A stretch of 64,000 nt of DNA from Candidatus Nomurabacteria bacterium (GTDB taxonomy: Bacteria; Patescibacteriota; Minisyncoccia; Phycocordibacterales; UBA9973). The notes beneath the pieces were generated by a model. That model had not been told where the DNA came from, made no database searches, and worked only from the letters and a program-made list of their open reading frames with translations. Location of the stretch: assembly GCA_023267435.1 (NCBI GenBank), contig JAHFNH010000002.1, positions 88,706 through 152,705 on the forward strand, in the 5' to 3' direction. A program made the position numbers and the translations under genes. Shown here one piece after another: positions 21,800-31,409 of the stretch; within the stretch, counting starts at the first letter, position 1; every line of letters starts with the position of its first letter.

Positions 21800-22438
21800 C
21801 TATTCCGCTGGAGCAGCTTCTTCTTCTTTCTTACCTTTCTTTTCAACTTCGATTGCAGATAGATCAACTGGTGCAGCAACTTCTTCAACTTCTTCTTTTT
21901 GTTCTGCGATCGATGCAACAACTTCGTCAGCTTCAGCAAGGATTGTAACTCCAGCTGGAGCTTTCAAATCTGAAATAAGTATCTGATCATCTAATGTTGC
22001 AAGCTTGGAAATATCAACAACGATATTGTGTGGAAGATCTTTTGGAAGAGCTTCAACTTCAACTTCGTGCAAAACTTTCACAAGTGTACCAGAACCTGAT
22101 TTAACAGCTTCTGAAATACCTTCGAATTCAAGAGGGATATTAACGGTAATTTTCTTGTTCATATCGATCACTAGGAAATCTGCATGTATAGGATCATCGG
22201 TTACAGGATCAACTTGAACATCATGAATTAAAACATCTACATCTCCTTCTGGAGTAGAAATTTTAACAGCAGAAGACTCTCCTGCTTGTTGCCAAACTTT
22301 TTTAAATTCAATTTTTGATACTGAAATTGAAGTGGTCTTTTTATTTAATCCGTAAAAAACAGCTGGCAATTCACCTGCTTTTCGCATTTCTGATAAGTCT
22401 TGTTTTATATCTCTATTTTTCGCTGTTAATTTAAGCAT
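21800..22438 (-). CDS. rplY: 50S ribosomal protein L25/CTC
   Basis: LPAVFYG, PIHADF, ALPKDLPH. Confidence 0.93.
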   Translation of the reverse strand: MLKLTAKNRDIKQDLSEMRKAGELPAVFYGLNKKTTSISVSKIEFKKVWQQAGESSAVKISTPEGDVDVLIHDVQVDPVTDDPIHADFLVIDMNKKITVNIPLEFEGISEAVKSGSGTLVKVLHEVEVEALPKDLPHNIVVDISKLATLDDQILISDLKAPAGVTILAEADEVVASIAEQKEEVEEVAAPVDLSAIEVEKKGKKEEEAAPAE

Positions 22439-22479
22439 GAAGACATTATATACAAAATTTTTAAAAAGGCAAATTATTT

Positions 22480-24282
22480 CTATACCCCATGGTGTGGTTT
22501 TGGGTGTTCTATGGCTAAATGGCTTGCAACGTATTCTTTGGTGCCCATACCTCCCTGAGGCAGTGCGATCTTTTTACCAGGATTGAAAATATTTTTGGGA
22601 TCAAAGATATTCTTAACTTCACCAAATAAAGCATAAATTTTCTCGCCGTACATTTTTTCCAAATATGGCGTACGGATTATTCCATCATTATGTTCCGCGG
22701 TAATAGAACCTTCATAATCTAAAACTAAATCATAAACCTTTTCGGAAAGCTCAGTTATAATTTCAGCTGTATTGCTCCGACTAAAATCCATCAAGGGGAT
22801 AATATGAAAATTACCATCACCTGCGTGTCCGGCAATCGTATATTCTAAATTATAATTTTTCAAAATATTATTAAGTTCTGGAATAAATTTCGGTAAGAAT
22901 TCTGGACGAACAATAATGTCATCGATAAATGGCGCAGTACGTTTTCCAGAAACATGTTTGCGTAATAGATTAAAGCTCTCACGTCTAATGTCCCAATATT
23001 TCCCTGCTTCAGCTTCTGTTTTAGTAATGTGCACTTCTAGTTTAAAATCTTTTATTTTTTCTTTCAAACTTAAACACTGCTTATTTACTTCTGTATCATC
23101 GTCACTAGCAAATTCAGCTAATAAAATTAATTTCGGAAATCCGCCCGTAATCATCATTTTTAATTCCGGCAAGAAACTCCACATGAATTTTATCATTCCA
23201 AAAAATCCTTTAGTCTTTAAAAAATCTGGGAAAAATCGCACTGCAAGCTTCATAGTCTTATCGTCATAAGTTTCCAATGTCTCAAGGTTCGTTTCTAAAA
23301 TAGAATCTACAAGTTTACCCAATGGCGCTAAATCATTCATGAAAATAACCACAAGTTTCGAATGTTTTGGATTTTTAACAAGTTTGAAAGTTATTTCTGT
23401 GGCTATGCCTAAAGTTCCTTGTGAACCTACGAGTAATTTATTCAGATTAAAGACCGGCAAAGAATTTTTAGCGTCGTGGGTTCCCTGTCCTATGTCTCCG
23501 AGGGCGAAGGCGCCTAAATTCTTTGCTGGTTGGTTCTCTATAACATTCCAAAGATAATATCCAGCAGAATTCTTATGAACTTTTGGTTTTGCATTATTTA
23601 TTTCTTCTTGATTATTTTTTATTAAATCATAAAGTTTTTTATAATTTTCTTCTTTCTGTGAAATTTCACTTAAAGGAAAAGATTTCACAACTCTTTCCAC
23701 TCCATCTGAGAAAACAACTTTCGCTTCCATAACATAATCTTCCGTCTTGCCATATTTCAAAGTTCTTTCACCAGCAGAATTATTACCATACATTCCACCC
23801 ATCGCATTGAGACTTTTTGACGCTGTATAACAAGGTAAAATTAAACCTTCGGCTAAAGTTATCTTTTCAAAATCTCGGTAAAACGTTCCAGGCTGAACGG
23901 TAATAGTACTCTCCAGTAAAGGATTTTTAGAGTCGTGGGTTCCCTGTCCTTTGTCTCCGAGGGCGAAGGCTCCAAAATCCTTTACTGGAGAGAAGGACAC
24001 CAACTTATTCATATATTTAGTGAAATCTAAAATAATAGATTCATTTATCGCCCCACCAGACATATCTGTACCAGCGCAACGAGCTGTAATTGAGAGTTCT
24101 GGATACTTGGTTTTATTTTCATTTACCCATTTCACTAAATTCTGTACATCTTCTGAATCTTTTGGAAAAACAACTAACTTTGGTCTAACTTCAAAAATAC
24201 TCGCATCATGCGAATATTTTTTGAGAGTTTCTTCACTATCATCCACATCTCCCCTGAAAAATTTTTTAATTTCTTCTTTCAC
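22480..24282 (-). CDS. FAD-binding oxidoreductase (GlcD/D-lactate dehydrogenase-like)
   Basis: DASIF, AGTDMSG, GSQGTLG, GHAGDGNFH, EHNDG, FNPGK. Confidence 0.88.
   Translation of the reverse strand: MKEEIKKFFRGDVDDSEETLKKYSHDASIFEVRPKLVVFPKDSEDVQNLVKWVNENKTKYPELSITARCAGTDMSGGAINESIILDFTKYMNKLVSFSPVKDFGAFALGDKGQGTHDSKNPLLESTITVQPGTFYRDFEKITLAEGLILPCYTASKSLNAMGGMYGNNSAGERTLKYGKTEDYVMEAKVVFSDGVERVVKSFPLSEISQKEENYKKLYDLIKNNQEEINNAKPKVHKNSAGYYLWNVIENQPAKNLGAFALGDIGQGTHDAKNSLPVFNLNKLLVGSQGTLGIATEITFKLVKNPKHSKLVVIFMNDLAPLGKLVDSILETNLETLETYDDKTMKLAVRFFPDFLKTKGFFGMIKFMWSFLPELKMMITGGFPKLILLAEFASDDDTEVNKQCLSLKEKIKDFKLEVHITKTEAEAGKYWDIRRESFNLLRKHVSGKRTAPFIDDIIVRPEFLPKFIPELNNILKNYNLEYTIAGHAGDGNFHIIPLMDFSRSNTAEIITELSEKVYDLVLDYEGSITAEHNDGIIRTPYLEKMYGEKIYALFGEVKNIFDPKNIFNPGKKIALPQGGMGTKEYVASHLAIEHPKPHHGV
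23453..23530. repeat. Family B element, in-frame copy (KNLGAFALGDIGQGTHDAKNSL)
   Basis: Arms accggcaaagaattt / aaattctttgctggt around the conserved core. Confidence 0.85.
23909..23992. repeat. Family B element, in-frame copy (KDFGAFALGDKGQGTHDSKNPL)
   Basis: Perfect 19-bp arms ctctccagtaaaggatttt / aaaatcctttactggagag. Confidence 0.85.
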
Positions 24283-24297
24283 AAAAGATTATTGAGA

Positions 24298-25164
24298 TTA
24301 TTGCATTCCACTAAATAATTTTAATCTTGCTTCGACGACTGCTTCGATAGCATCTACCGCCGGCTGTAAAATTTTTGCCGGAGTTATTTCAGATGAATTT
24401 TCTTTCAAGAATTTTTCTACAGCTTCTCTAAAAGCTAAACGTATCTCACTATTTATATGCACAATGGAAATACCCGCTTTGATAGCATTCGTAAAATCTT
24501 CATCTCGCAAACCTGAACCACCATGAAGCACAAGGGGAATACCTGTAACTTTTTTTATTTCTGTCACAAGTTCTGCATTAATATGTGGCTTGCCTGTTTT
24601 AATAAGTCCGTGAATACTGCCGACTGACGGAGCAAATAAATCTATACTAGTCGCATCTACAAATTTCTTTGCATCTTCAGGAGTTGTTAAAATTCCAGCA
24701 CCTTCCGGTACTACATCTCTGATAATTGACCCAGAACCAATATAACCAAGTTCAGCTTCAACTAAAATATCTCTGCCAGTCTTCGCAGTCACTTCACGTG
24801 CATAATCTACACATTGTTTAGTAACAGCTACATTTTCATCAAAAGGTAATTTCGCAGCATCGATGATAACCATATCGAAACCAACATCAATACACTTCTT
24901 TACTGATTCGAAACTCGCATGATGATCTGCGTTTAAAAATATTGGGTAATTATCACGGGTACGAATTTCAGAAACAACTGCATAAACTTCTTCTAATCCA
25001 GCAAATTTTTCTTCCCCTTCTGAAACTCCAATAATAACTGGAAGATTTAATTTCTTTGCTGCATTATAAATACCGTGTAAAGCTTCCAAATTTGAAATAT
25101 TAAAATGCCCGATGGCAATTCCCTTTTCACCAGCTTCCTTTATGTACTCGCGTAATGTTTTCAT
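24298..25164 (-). CDS. fba: Class II fructose-bisphosphate aldolase
   Basis: NADH, VEAELG, GSIHG, LVLHGGSG. Confidence 0.92.
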   Translation of the reverse strand: MKTLREYIKEAGEKGIAIGHFNISNLEALHGIYNAAKKLNLPVIIGVSEGEEKFAGLEEVYAVVSEIRTRDNYPIFLNADHHASFESVKKCIDVGFDMVIIDAAKLPFDENVAVTKQCVDYAREVTAKTGRDILVEAELGYIGSGSIIRDVVPEGAGILTTPEDAKKFVDATSIDLFAPSVGSIHGLIKTGKPHINAELVTEIKKVTGIPLVLHGGSGLRDEDFTNAIKAGISIVHINSEIRLAFREAVEKFLKENSSEITPAKILQPAVDAIEAVVEARLKLFSGMQ

Positions 25165-25244
25165 GAATATATTTTATCATATTAAAAATAAAAAAACGCT
25201 ATACTTTTTACAAGCATAGCGTTTTAGCCAAATCATTACTTAAA

Positions 25245-25829
25245 TTAACCTTTTTCAATAATTACTGAAAGTTCTTTTCTTTTTTCAATTCTTTCAGAGC
25301 GAAGCTTTGCGCTTTTATTCCAAAGTCTTTGTAATAACATTTTACGAACTTTTTCGTTTTTTTGATGTTTACTTTCTATCGCAATTTCTTTTTCTTTTTC
25401 TAATTTTTCGTATTGTTCAGCTTCATCACTGTCTTTTTTAGGCCAGGTAATTACTGCCAAAGCATTAAAAAATCGAATATTTGATATATTGCTCTTTATT
25501 TGTAAAACATCACTTTCTTTGAAGAAGCTAACCTCAAGATTATCAATAGTAGGCGGTAAGGCAGATAAATACTTTGTGTGCTTATCTTTTGGTATTATTT
25601 TTTTAAATCCAAAAAACCATTCCTGAGCTCCGTGTCCTCCGGCATAAGAAACATAACCGGTATCAAAATCTTTTTTATTTCTCAATACTAAAATAGAATT
25701 TTTTGAAAAAGCATCAAAGTAATTTCCGTAAGCAATAAGTTTTAAAAAGTAAATTTTTTTACCCCTGTATTTAAACAAAAAGTAAAGTTGTCCGTTTAGT
25801 TTAACAACGGTAATAATTATTTTTTCCAT
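25245..25829 (-). CDS. Hypothetical protein (orphan)
   Basis: ~194-aa ORF with upstream TTGACT and downstream hairpin near 25190-25225. Confidence 0.6.
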   Translation of the reverse strand: MEKIIITVVKLNGQLYFLFKYRGKKIYFLKLIAYGNYFDAFSKNSILVLRNKKDFDTGYVSYAGGHGAQEWFFGFKKIIPKDKHTKYLSALPPTIDNLEVSFFKESDVLQIKSNISNIRFFNALAVITWPKKDSDEAEQYEKLEKEKEIAIESKHQKNEKVRKMLLQRLWNKSAKLRSERIEKRKELSVIIEKG

Positions 25830-25950
25830 TTTCAAAGAGTTTAAATTTTTTATACTGATTTATTTATTTTTATAATACAAAACTTATTTAAATAAGTCAA
25901 TAAAAACGTAACGGGCAACGTACACGCTTCCTGAATTCAATATAAAAATA

Positions 25951-27393
25951 CTATTTAAGTAAATCTTTTAAGATTTCGATAACTATTTTAGGATTTGCAC
26001 TACCATTACTTTCTTTGATGATTTTTCCGACTAGAGACATAATGGCATTTTCTTTTCCACCCTTATAAGTAGCAACAACTTCAGGATTTTCTAAAACAAC
26101 CTTTTCTGCAATAGTTTTAATTGCACCTGTATCATTTTTCTGAAGTAAATCTTTTTCTGTCGCAATTTTGAGTGGCGATTCATCATTTAATACAATCATA
26201 GCCAAGATATCTTTGGCGACTCTGGAAGATATTTTATTTTCAGTAAACAAAGATACTAATTCAGCGAAATTCTCTACTTTTGGGAGTTGAACTCCCAAAT
26301 TTGTTTTCTTAAGACCAAGATAATCAGAAGTTATAAAATTCGAAGCTATTTTTAATTTATCAGCTACTGGAATAATCTTCGCAACGTTTTCAAACCAAGT
26401 TCCAAGTATCGGATCATTGATATATACCTCTATATCTTCTTCTTTAATACCGAAATCATTTTTGTATCGTGCGCGCATTTCTGAAGGAAGTTCCGGCAAA
26501 CTTTTCTTTAATTCTTCTATATTAAAAATCTCATGAAGTTTAAACTTTGTAATATCTGGATCTGGGAAATATCTGTAATCCTGACTAGATTCTTTTTTTC
26601 TCTGTGAGAATGTTTTTTGTTTTCCATCATCCCAACCACGAGTTTCTTTTACTATTTCACTTTCTCTGCCTGTTTCAAAAAGATCTATCATTCTTTCTAC
26701 TTCATATTTGATAGCTTTCTCAACAGTTCGAAATGAATTTAGATTTTTTACTTCGACATATGCAGTCCATTTTTTATCTTTATCTGGAGAAACAGAAACA
26801 TTCGCTTCCACGCGCATCTCACCTTTTTCCATATTTGCCTCGGACGCACCGAGATACCAAAGTATTAACTGGTACTCTTTTGCAAAAATAGACGCAGCTT
26901 TCGCAGCATCATCAGGATTCTCAAATGTATGCGCTTCAGTTACAAGTTCCATAAGTGGTACACCTGCACGATTAAAATCAATCAATGAGTATCCTCCACT
27001 TGCACTCTCATAGTGCTTATTATTTGCGGTATCTTCTTCTAGATGAATACGAGTCAGGTCCATACCTACCAAACGTCCACCGAAAACTATTGGATATTTA
27101 AATTGTGAAATCTGATAACCTTTTGGAATATCTGGGTAGAAATAATTCTTTCTGTCGAACTCTGTAAAATCTGCAATATTTGAACCTAGAGCCAAACCAA
27201 CTTTTATCACACTTTCAACGGCTTTTTTATTTACAACCGGCAAAGTACCAGGATGCGCCATGCAAACTGGGCAGATGTTTTTATTTGGAGTTTCTTCGTC
27301 AGGATCATTTTTGCAACTACAAAACATCTTTGTGTTTGTCTTCAATTCTGCGTGTATTTCTAAGCCGATTGTCGTGTAATATTTCTTTTCCAT
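25951..27393 (-). CDS. gatB: Asp/Glu-tRNA amidotransferase subunit B
   Basis: IGLEIH, FDRKNYFYPD, HLEED, VEVKNLNS, DYRYFPDPD. Confidence 0.97.
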   Translation of the reverse strand: MEKKYYTTIGLEIHAELKTNTKMFCSCKNDPDEETPNKNICPVCMAHPGTLPVVNKKAVESVIKVGLALGSNIADFTEFDRKNYFYPDIPKGYQISQFKYPIVFGGRLVGMDLTRIHLEEDTANNKHYESASGGYSLIDFNRAGVPLMELVTEAHTFENPDDAAKAASIFAKEYQLILWYLGASEANMEKGEMRVEANVSVSPDKDKKWTAYVEVKNLNSFRTVEKAIKYEVERMIDLFETGRESEIVKETRGWDDGKQKTFSQRKKESSQDYRYFPDPDITKFKLHEIFNIEELKKSLPELPSEMRARYKNDFGIKEEDIEVYINDPILGTWFENVAKIIPVADKLKIASNFITSDYLGLKKTNLGVQLPKVENFAELVSLFTENKISSRVAKDILAMIVLNDESPLKIATEKDLLQKNDTGAIKTIAEKVVLENPEVVATYKGGKENAIMSLVGKIIKESNGSANPKIVIEILKDLLK

Positions 27394-27414
27394 AGCTACT
27401 ATAATATCATATTT

Positions 27415-27708
27415 TTATTCTTTTATAGTCGCTTCGACGTGAATAGTCTCACTAGAAGAACTTGAAGGTGTGTCACTTTTTACAAATTTGTTATATATCC
27501 AAAATCCTTTTCTTGAAACATTGTTAGCCGTGCCCATTATCGCTTTAAATTTTAAAAATATAATTAGTGAAACTATTCCTGCAATAACAAAAGGCAAAAT
27601 AGCAATAAAGAAAATTACTTTAAAAAATAAATACGGCCCGCCTAGAAAATGCGTAAACCCTAGTGCCCAGATCAAAAGCATTGTTAAAAAAGAGCTGGAG
27701 ATTCTCAT
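27415..27708 (-). CDS. Hypothetical membrane protein
   Basis: 97 aa, two hydrophobic segments, abuts obgE. Confidence 0.6.
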   Translation of the reverse strand: MRISSSFLTMLLIWALGFTHFLGGPYLFFKVIFFIAILPFVIAGIVSLIIFLKFKAIMGTANNVSRKGFWIYNKFVKSDTPSSSSSETIHVEATIKE

Positions 27709-28704
27709 TTATTTTTTCTTTAAAATCTTTACTAAGTCGTCTCTGAAATCTTTTACTGACTTATCATCAAATAAAGATATAGTGAAAACTTTCTTACCTA
27801 ATTTTTCAAATTCTTTTTTTCTTTTTTCTATAAGTTTAGGATCTTCTGCAACGTCTGTCTTCGTAAGAAGAATTATTTCATCTTTAGTTGAAAGACCATC
27901 TTCTGTTAAATCATTTTTCTTGTCATAAGCTTCCAGTTCTTTACGAATCTCTTTGTAAACTTTCATCATGTTTGCATTTTCAAAAGAAATAAGATGAGCA
28001 AGCATTTTTGTACGTTTGATGTGTTTCAAAAATTTAACACCTAAACCTTTTCCTTCAGAAGCACCTTCAATAATTCCTGGGATATCGGCAATAATGTATC
28101 CATAAAATTCTCCAAGGTTTGGGTCGAGTGTCGTAAAAGCATAATCGCCCACTTTCGCTTCAGCATTGGTCAAAGCATTCAGTAATGAAGATTTACCAGC
28201 ATTTGGTAGACCAACAAGTCCAATATCTGCGAAAAGTTCGAGTTCAACATGAAAATCACCCTGCTCGCCTTCTTGACCAGGATTAAATTCTTGAGGAGTT
28301 GTATTCGTAGAACTTTTAAAATGTTCATTGCCGTATCCACCATATCCACCTTTCAAAAGTTGAACCTTTTCTCCTTCTTCAAAAAGCTGAATTTTTTCTC
28401 CGGTTGCAACATTGGTAACAATAGAACCGATTGGCAATTCTAAAACAAAATCTTCACCATTCTTGCCATGCAGACTTTTCTTTGCTCCGTCTTCACCGCG
28501 TTCAGCGGAAAACTCTTTTTTCATTTTATATTTCGAAAGAATATTAATATCACGCACAGTTTGCACGTAAAAATTACCTCCACGTCCGCCATCACCACCT
28601 GCAGGCCCACCTTTGGGTACGAATTTTTCCTGACGCCAACGTACTACGCCGTCACCACCTCTTCCAGCCTCTGCATGTATATTTATTTCATCTATAAAAG
28701 CCAT
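27709..28704 (-). CDS. obgE: GTPase ObgE
   Basis: Gly-rich Obg domain, GLPNAGKS, FTTL, DIPG, TKTD. Confidence 0.96.
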   Translation of the reverse strand: MAFIDEINIHAEAGRGGDGVVRWRQEKFVPKGGPAGGDGGRGGNFYVQTVRDINILSKYKMKKEFSAERGEDGAKKSLHGKNGEDFVLELPIGSIVTNVATGEKIQLFEEGEKVQLLKGGYGGYGNEHFKSSTNTTPQEFNPGQEGEQGDFHVELELFADIGLVGLPNAGKSSLLNALTNAEAKVGDYAFTTLDPNLGEFYGYIIADIPGIIEGASEGKGLGVKFLKHIKRTKMLAHLISFENANMMKVYKEIRKELEAYDKKNDLTEDGLSTKDEIILLTKTDVAEDPKLIEKRKKEFEKLGKKVFTISLFDDKSVKDFRDDLVKILKKK

Positions 28705-28706
28705 AT

Positions 28707-29606
28707 TTAAGATACTAGCGCAATTTGAGCTAATTTGATAGCCCCCTCACGAGATTTCGCTACAGCCAAGAAAAGTGCACGGTGACAAAACACAGCGTCT
28801 TCTACTCCAGAAATTTTTGCAAATTCTTCATCTCTAAGCCCAGCCCAGTTTGTAGGAAAATATTTTTTAGATTTAAAACTCTTATTGTCTACGCGCACAG
28901 TTCTAGCTCCCCAAGTATTATCACTCTCTTTTGGATAAACCACAAAACAAGGTTCTGGAAAATTACTCAAAGCTTCACCGTAAGGATAATCTTTATCTAA
29001 AACAATAATTCTTTTATCTTCGGTATTTTTATAAATAGTAATGACAGACTCTTCAGCAATAATAAAATCTTTCGCGCAAACTATTTCACGCAATAAAATT
29101 TTTTTAGCTATCGCAACACATTCCAAAAACTTCTGATCAACATCCACATAACTCTCTCGCCAGGTAGGACGCATTGATATAAAAAGATCTTGAATTATGT
29201 AAGGTGAAACATCGTATTTTTTTTCAACCAAATCCATACCATTGTCGTGCGCATCTATCGGAGCAGCTAAACGCTTATCTATCATTCTAAATATTTCTTC
29301 TGATTCAGTTATTTCAACTCCGAAATGTTTCCAAACAAGACCGAATGAAGAATATTCTATACTAGAATCCCGTTTTCCTGCACCGCCTATTTGATGATGA
29401 TCGAATCTATTGGTGGCTGGATCGTAAATTCCTCCAACATCAAAAACATAATCCGCATTTTTTATTATCTCTTCATCTCGTGTACGAGCAAGTTCAAAGG
29501 TCTCACCTCTCTTGTCGAATAAAATAGAAAGTGTCGCACAAGCAAAAATATCGTCTGAATGGAACGATCCATTGTGAGTTACTATTTTTCTATTTATTGT
29601 TGTCAT
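28707..29606 (-). CDS. MYG1 family protein
   Basis: THNGSFHSDD, DVGG, FDHHQ, FCHRALF. Confidence 0.9.
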   Translation of the reverse strand: MTTINRKIVTHNGSFHSDDIFACATLSILFDKRGETFELARTRDEEIIKNADYVFDVGGIYDPATNRFDHHQIGGAGKRDSSIEYSSFGLVWKHFGVEITESEEIFRMIDKRLAAPIDAHDNGMDLVEKKYDVSPYIIQDLFISMRPTWRESYVDVDQKFLECVAIAKKILLREIVCAKDFIIAEESVITIYKNTEDKRIIVLDKDYPYGEALSNFPEPCFVVYPKESDNTWGARTVRVDNKSFKSKKYFPTNWAGLRDEEFAKISGVEDAVFCHRALFLAVAKSREGAIKLAQIALVS

Positions 29607-30195
29607 AAAATGTTTCAAAAAGTTCAAACAACCAACCAGCTAATTTATCAAAAATAATAAATCCTATCACCAAAAGTAGAACAATCAACGAAAATCTCCA
29701 TATCTCACGACTCACATTGAGCGCAGTGTAACCGAAAAAATATCCCAACGATAAAAGTAATGGTGCCCAAATGACTGTAGAAATAAATTCTGCTTTCAAA
29801 TATGTTTTCAGTGGTATTCTCTTAAAACCAGAGAAGATTATCACAATATGATTCACTCCCAAGATAAATTTAGAAAGAAAAATTGACCAAAATGGTCTTG
29901 CTTCGAAATGTGGCATGACATATGAAACTCTGCGCTCAAGATATTTTACAAATTTTGTTTCTTTCCAGTTTTTGTTTATAACTGTTCCGATATAATATCC
30001 TAAAAATGTTTTACCCACACCTCCGCATAAAATAAAAACAAAAACAGAGTAAACATCCAATGCTCCCAAATAAGCAAGTATTCCTGTGCAGATAATAATA
30101 AACTCTCCTTCAAAAATAATACCCGCAAAGATCATAGCATAAGCGAGAGCCTCGTGACCTTCTACTAAATGTTTTAATAAATTTACAGTATGCAT
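29590..30195 (-). CDS. DedA family membrane protein
   Basis: IFEGE, GYYIG, SKFILG, LGYFFG. Confidence 0.85.
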   Translation of the reverse strand: MHTVNLLKHLVEGHEALAYAMIFAGIIFEGEFIIICTGILAYLGALDVYSVFVFILCGGVGKTFLGYYIGTVINKNWKETKFVKYLERRVSYVMPHFEARPFWSIFLSKFILGVNHIVIIFSGFKRIPLKTYLKAEFISTVIWAPLLLSLGYFFGYTALNVSREIWRFSLIVLLLVIGFIIFDKLAGWLFELFETFYDNNK

Positions 30196-30204
30196 ATTAA
30201 AAAT

Positions 30205-30654
30205 TTAGAAGAGCGCGTCGACAACCTCTTTCACCACCATGCCGTCAGCCTTGCCTTTCAAGTCTTTCATAAGAGCAGACATAAGCATTCCTTTTTTTGT
30301 CGGATCAGTGATATTTAATTCTTCTTTTTTAGCTTTAGCTATTTTTTCTACTTCTTCTTTACTCATCAATTCTGGTAAATAAGTCTCAAGGATTTTAAGC
30401 TGAGCTTCTTCTTCAGCTACTAGGTCTTCTCTGCCACCCTTCTTAAACTGATCAATAGAATCTTTTCTTTGTTTTGCCAAGCGAGTAATGACAGCTATAA
30501 CTTGTTCATCGGTAAGAAAATCTTGCGGTGTATGCCCTGTCGCCACCAATTCGTTTGTAAAAGCCGTGACCAGTCCGCGCATAACTTCAAGACGAACTTT
30601 ATCTTTCGCCATCATTGCCTCTTTTATTCCTGCTTTTATTTGTTCGTGTAACAT
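30205..30654 (-). CDS. GatB/YqeY domain protein
   Basis: AMMAKDK, KQRKDSIDQF, YLP, GKADG; start at MLHEQ. Confidence 0.92.
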   Translation of the reverse strand: MLHEQIKAGIKEAMMAKDKVRLEVMRGLVTAFTNELVATGHTPQDFLTDEQVIAVITRLAKQRKDSIDQFKKGGREDLVAEEEAQLKILETYLPELMSKEEVEKIAKAKKEELNITDPTKKGMLMSALMKDLKGKADGMVVKEVVDALF

Positions 30655-30690
30655 GTCTGGAATTATAGCAAAATATGGTAGAATAGTGAA

Positions 30691-31407
30691 ATGCAAAAGA
30701 TTATATTTTTCGATACGGAGACCACAGGCAATACTGAAAAAGATTTCCTGTGCCAAATCGCCTACAAGACAGGCGATGAAAATTTTAACGGACTTTATAA
30801 ACCTCCTGTCAAAATTCCACCCGAAGCTTCCGCAGTACATCACATCACAAATAAAATGCTCGAAGGCAAACCGGCTTTCAGTGAAAGTTCCAATTCTAAA
30901 AAAATAAAAGAACTTTTTGAAGATGAAAATTCTGTCGTTGTCGCACATAATGCGACTTTCGACTTGATGATAATCAAAAAAGAAAATATTATCCCTAAAA
31001 ATTTCATTTGCACATTGAGACTCGCTCGACACCTTGATCCGGAAGGAAAAATAGAAAAATATAATTTGCAATATTTGCGCTACTTGCTCGACCTCGATGT
31101 CGAAGCTACGGCGCACGATGCTCTAGGTGATGTTTTGGTTTTAGAAAAACTATTTGAAAGATTAAAAACTAAAATGACTGAAAGTGAAAACTTAACCGAA
31201 GAGCAAGCTATAAATAAAATGATAGAAATTTCTTCACACCCTTCACTACTTAGACACATTCCATTCGGAAAACATAATGGTAAAACAGTCGAAGAAGTTC
31301 TTCGTGTTGATCCTGGTTACCTAGAATGGCTTTTAAAACAAAAACTGGAGAGTGACCAAATCGACGAAGATTGGATTTATACGTTGAAGTATTATTTAAA
31401 TAAATAA
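30691..31407 (+). CDS. DEDDh 3'-5' exonuclease (ExoX-like) with C-terminal PFGKH domain
   Basis: FFDTETTG, VAHNATFD, HDALGD, IPFGKHNG...DPGYLEW. Confidence 0.9.
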   Translation: MQKIIFFDTETTGNTEKDFLCQIAYKTGDENFNGLYKPPVKIPPEASAVHHITNKMLEGKPAFSESSNSKKIKELFEDENSVVVAHNATFDLMIIKKENIIPKNFICTLRLARHLDPEGKIEKYNLQYLRYLLDLDVEATAHDALGDVLVLEKLFERLKTKMTESENLTEEQAINKMIEISSHPSLLRHIPFGKHNGKTVEEVLRVDPGYLEWLLKQKLESDQIDEDWIYTLKYYLNK

Positions 31408-31409
31408 AA

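Noticed and set aside
21739-21939. N-terminal extension of the transglycosylase ORF
   Set aside because: Overlaps rplY out of frame; the signal peptide begins at 21738
26990-27010. ESASGG peptide in GatB as another repeat-derived insert
   Set aside because: No palindrome remains at DNA level, so it cannot be supported
30655-31116. Long N-terminal extension of the YqeY ORF
   Set aside because: Antisense shadow of the exonuclease gene; the real start is 30654
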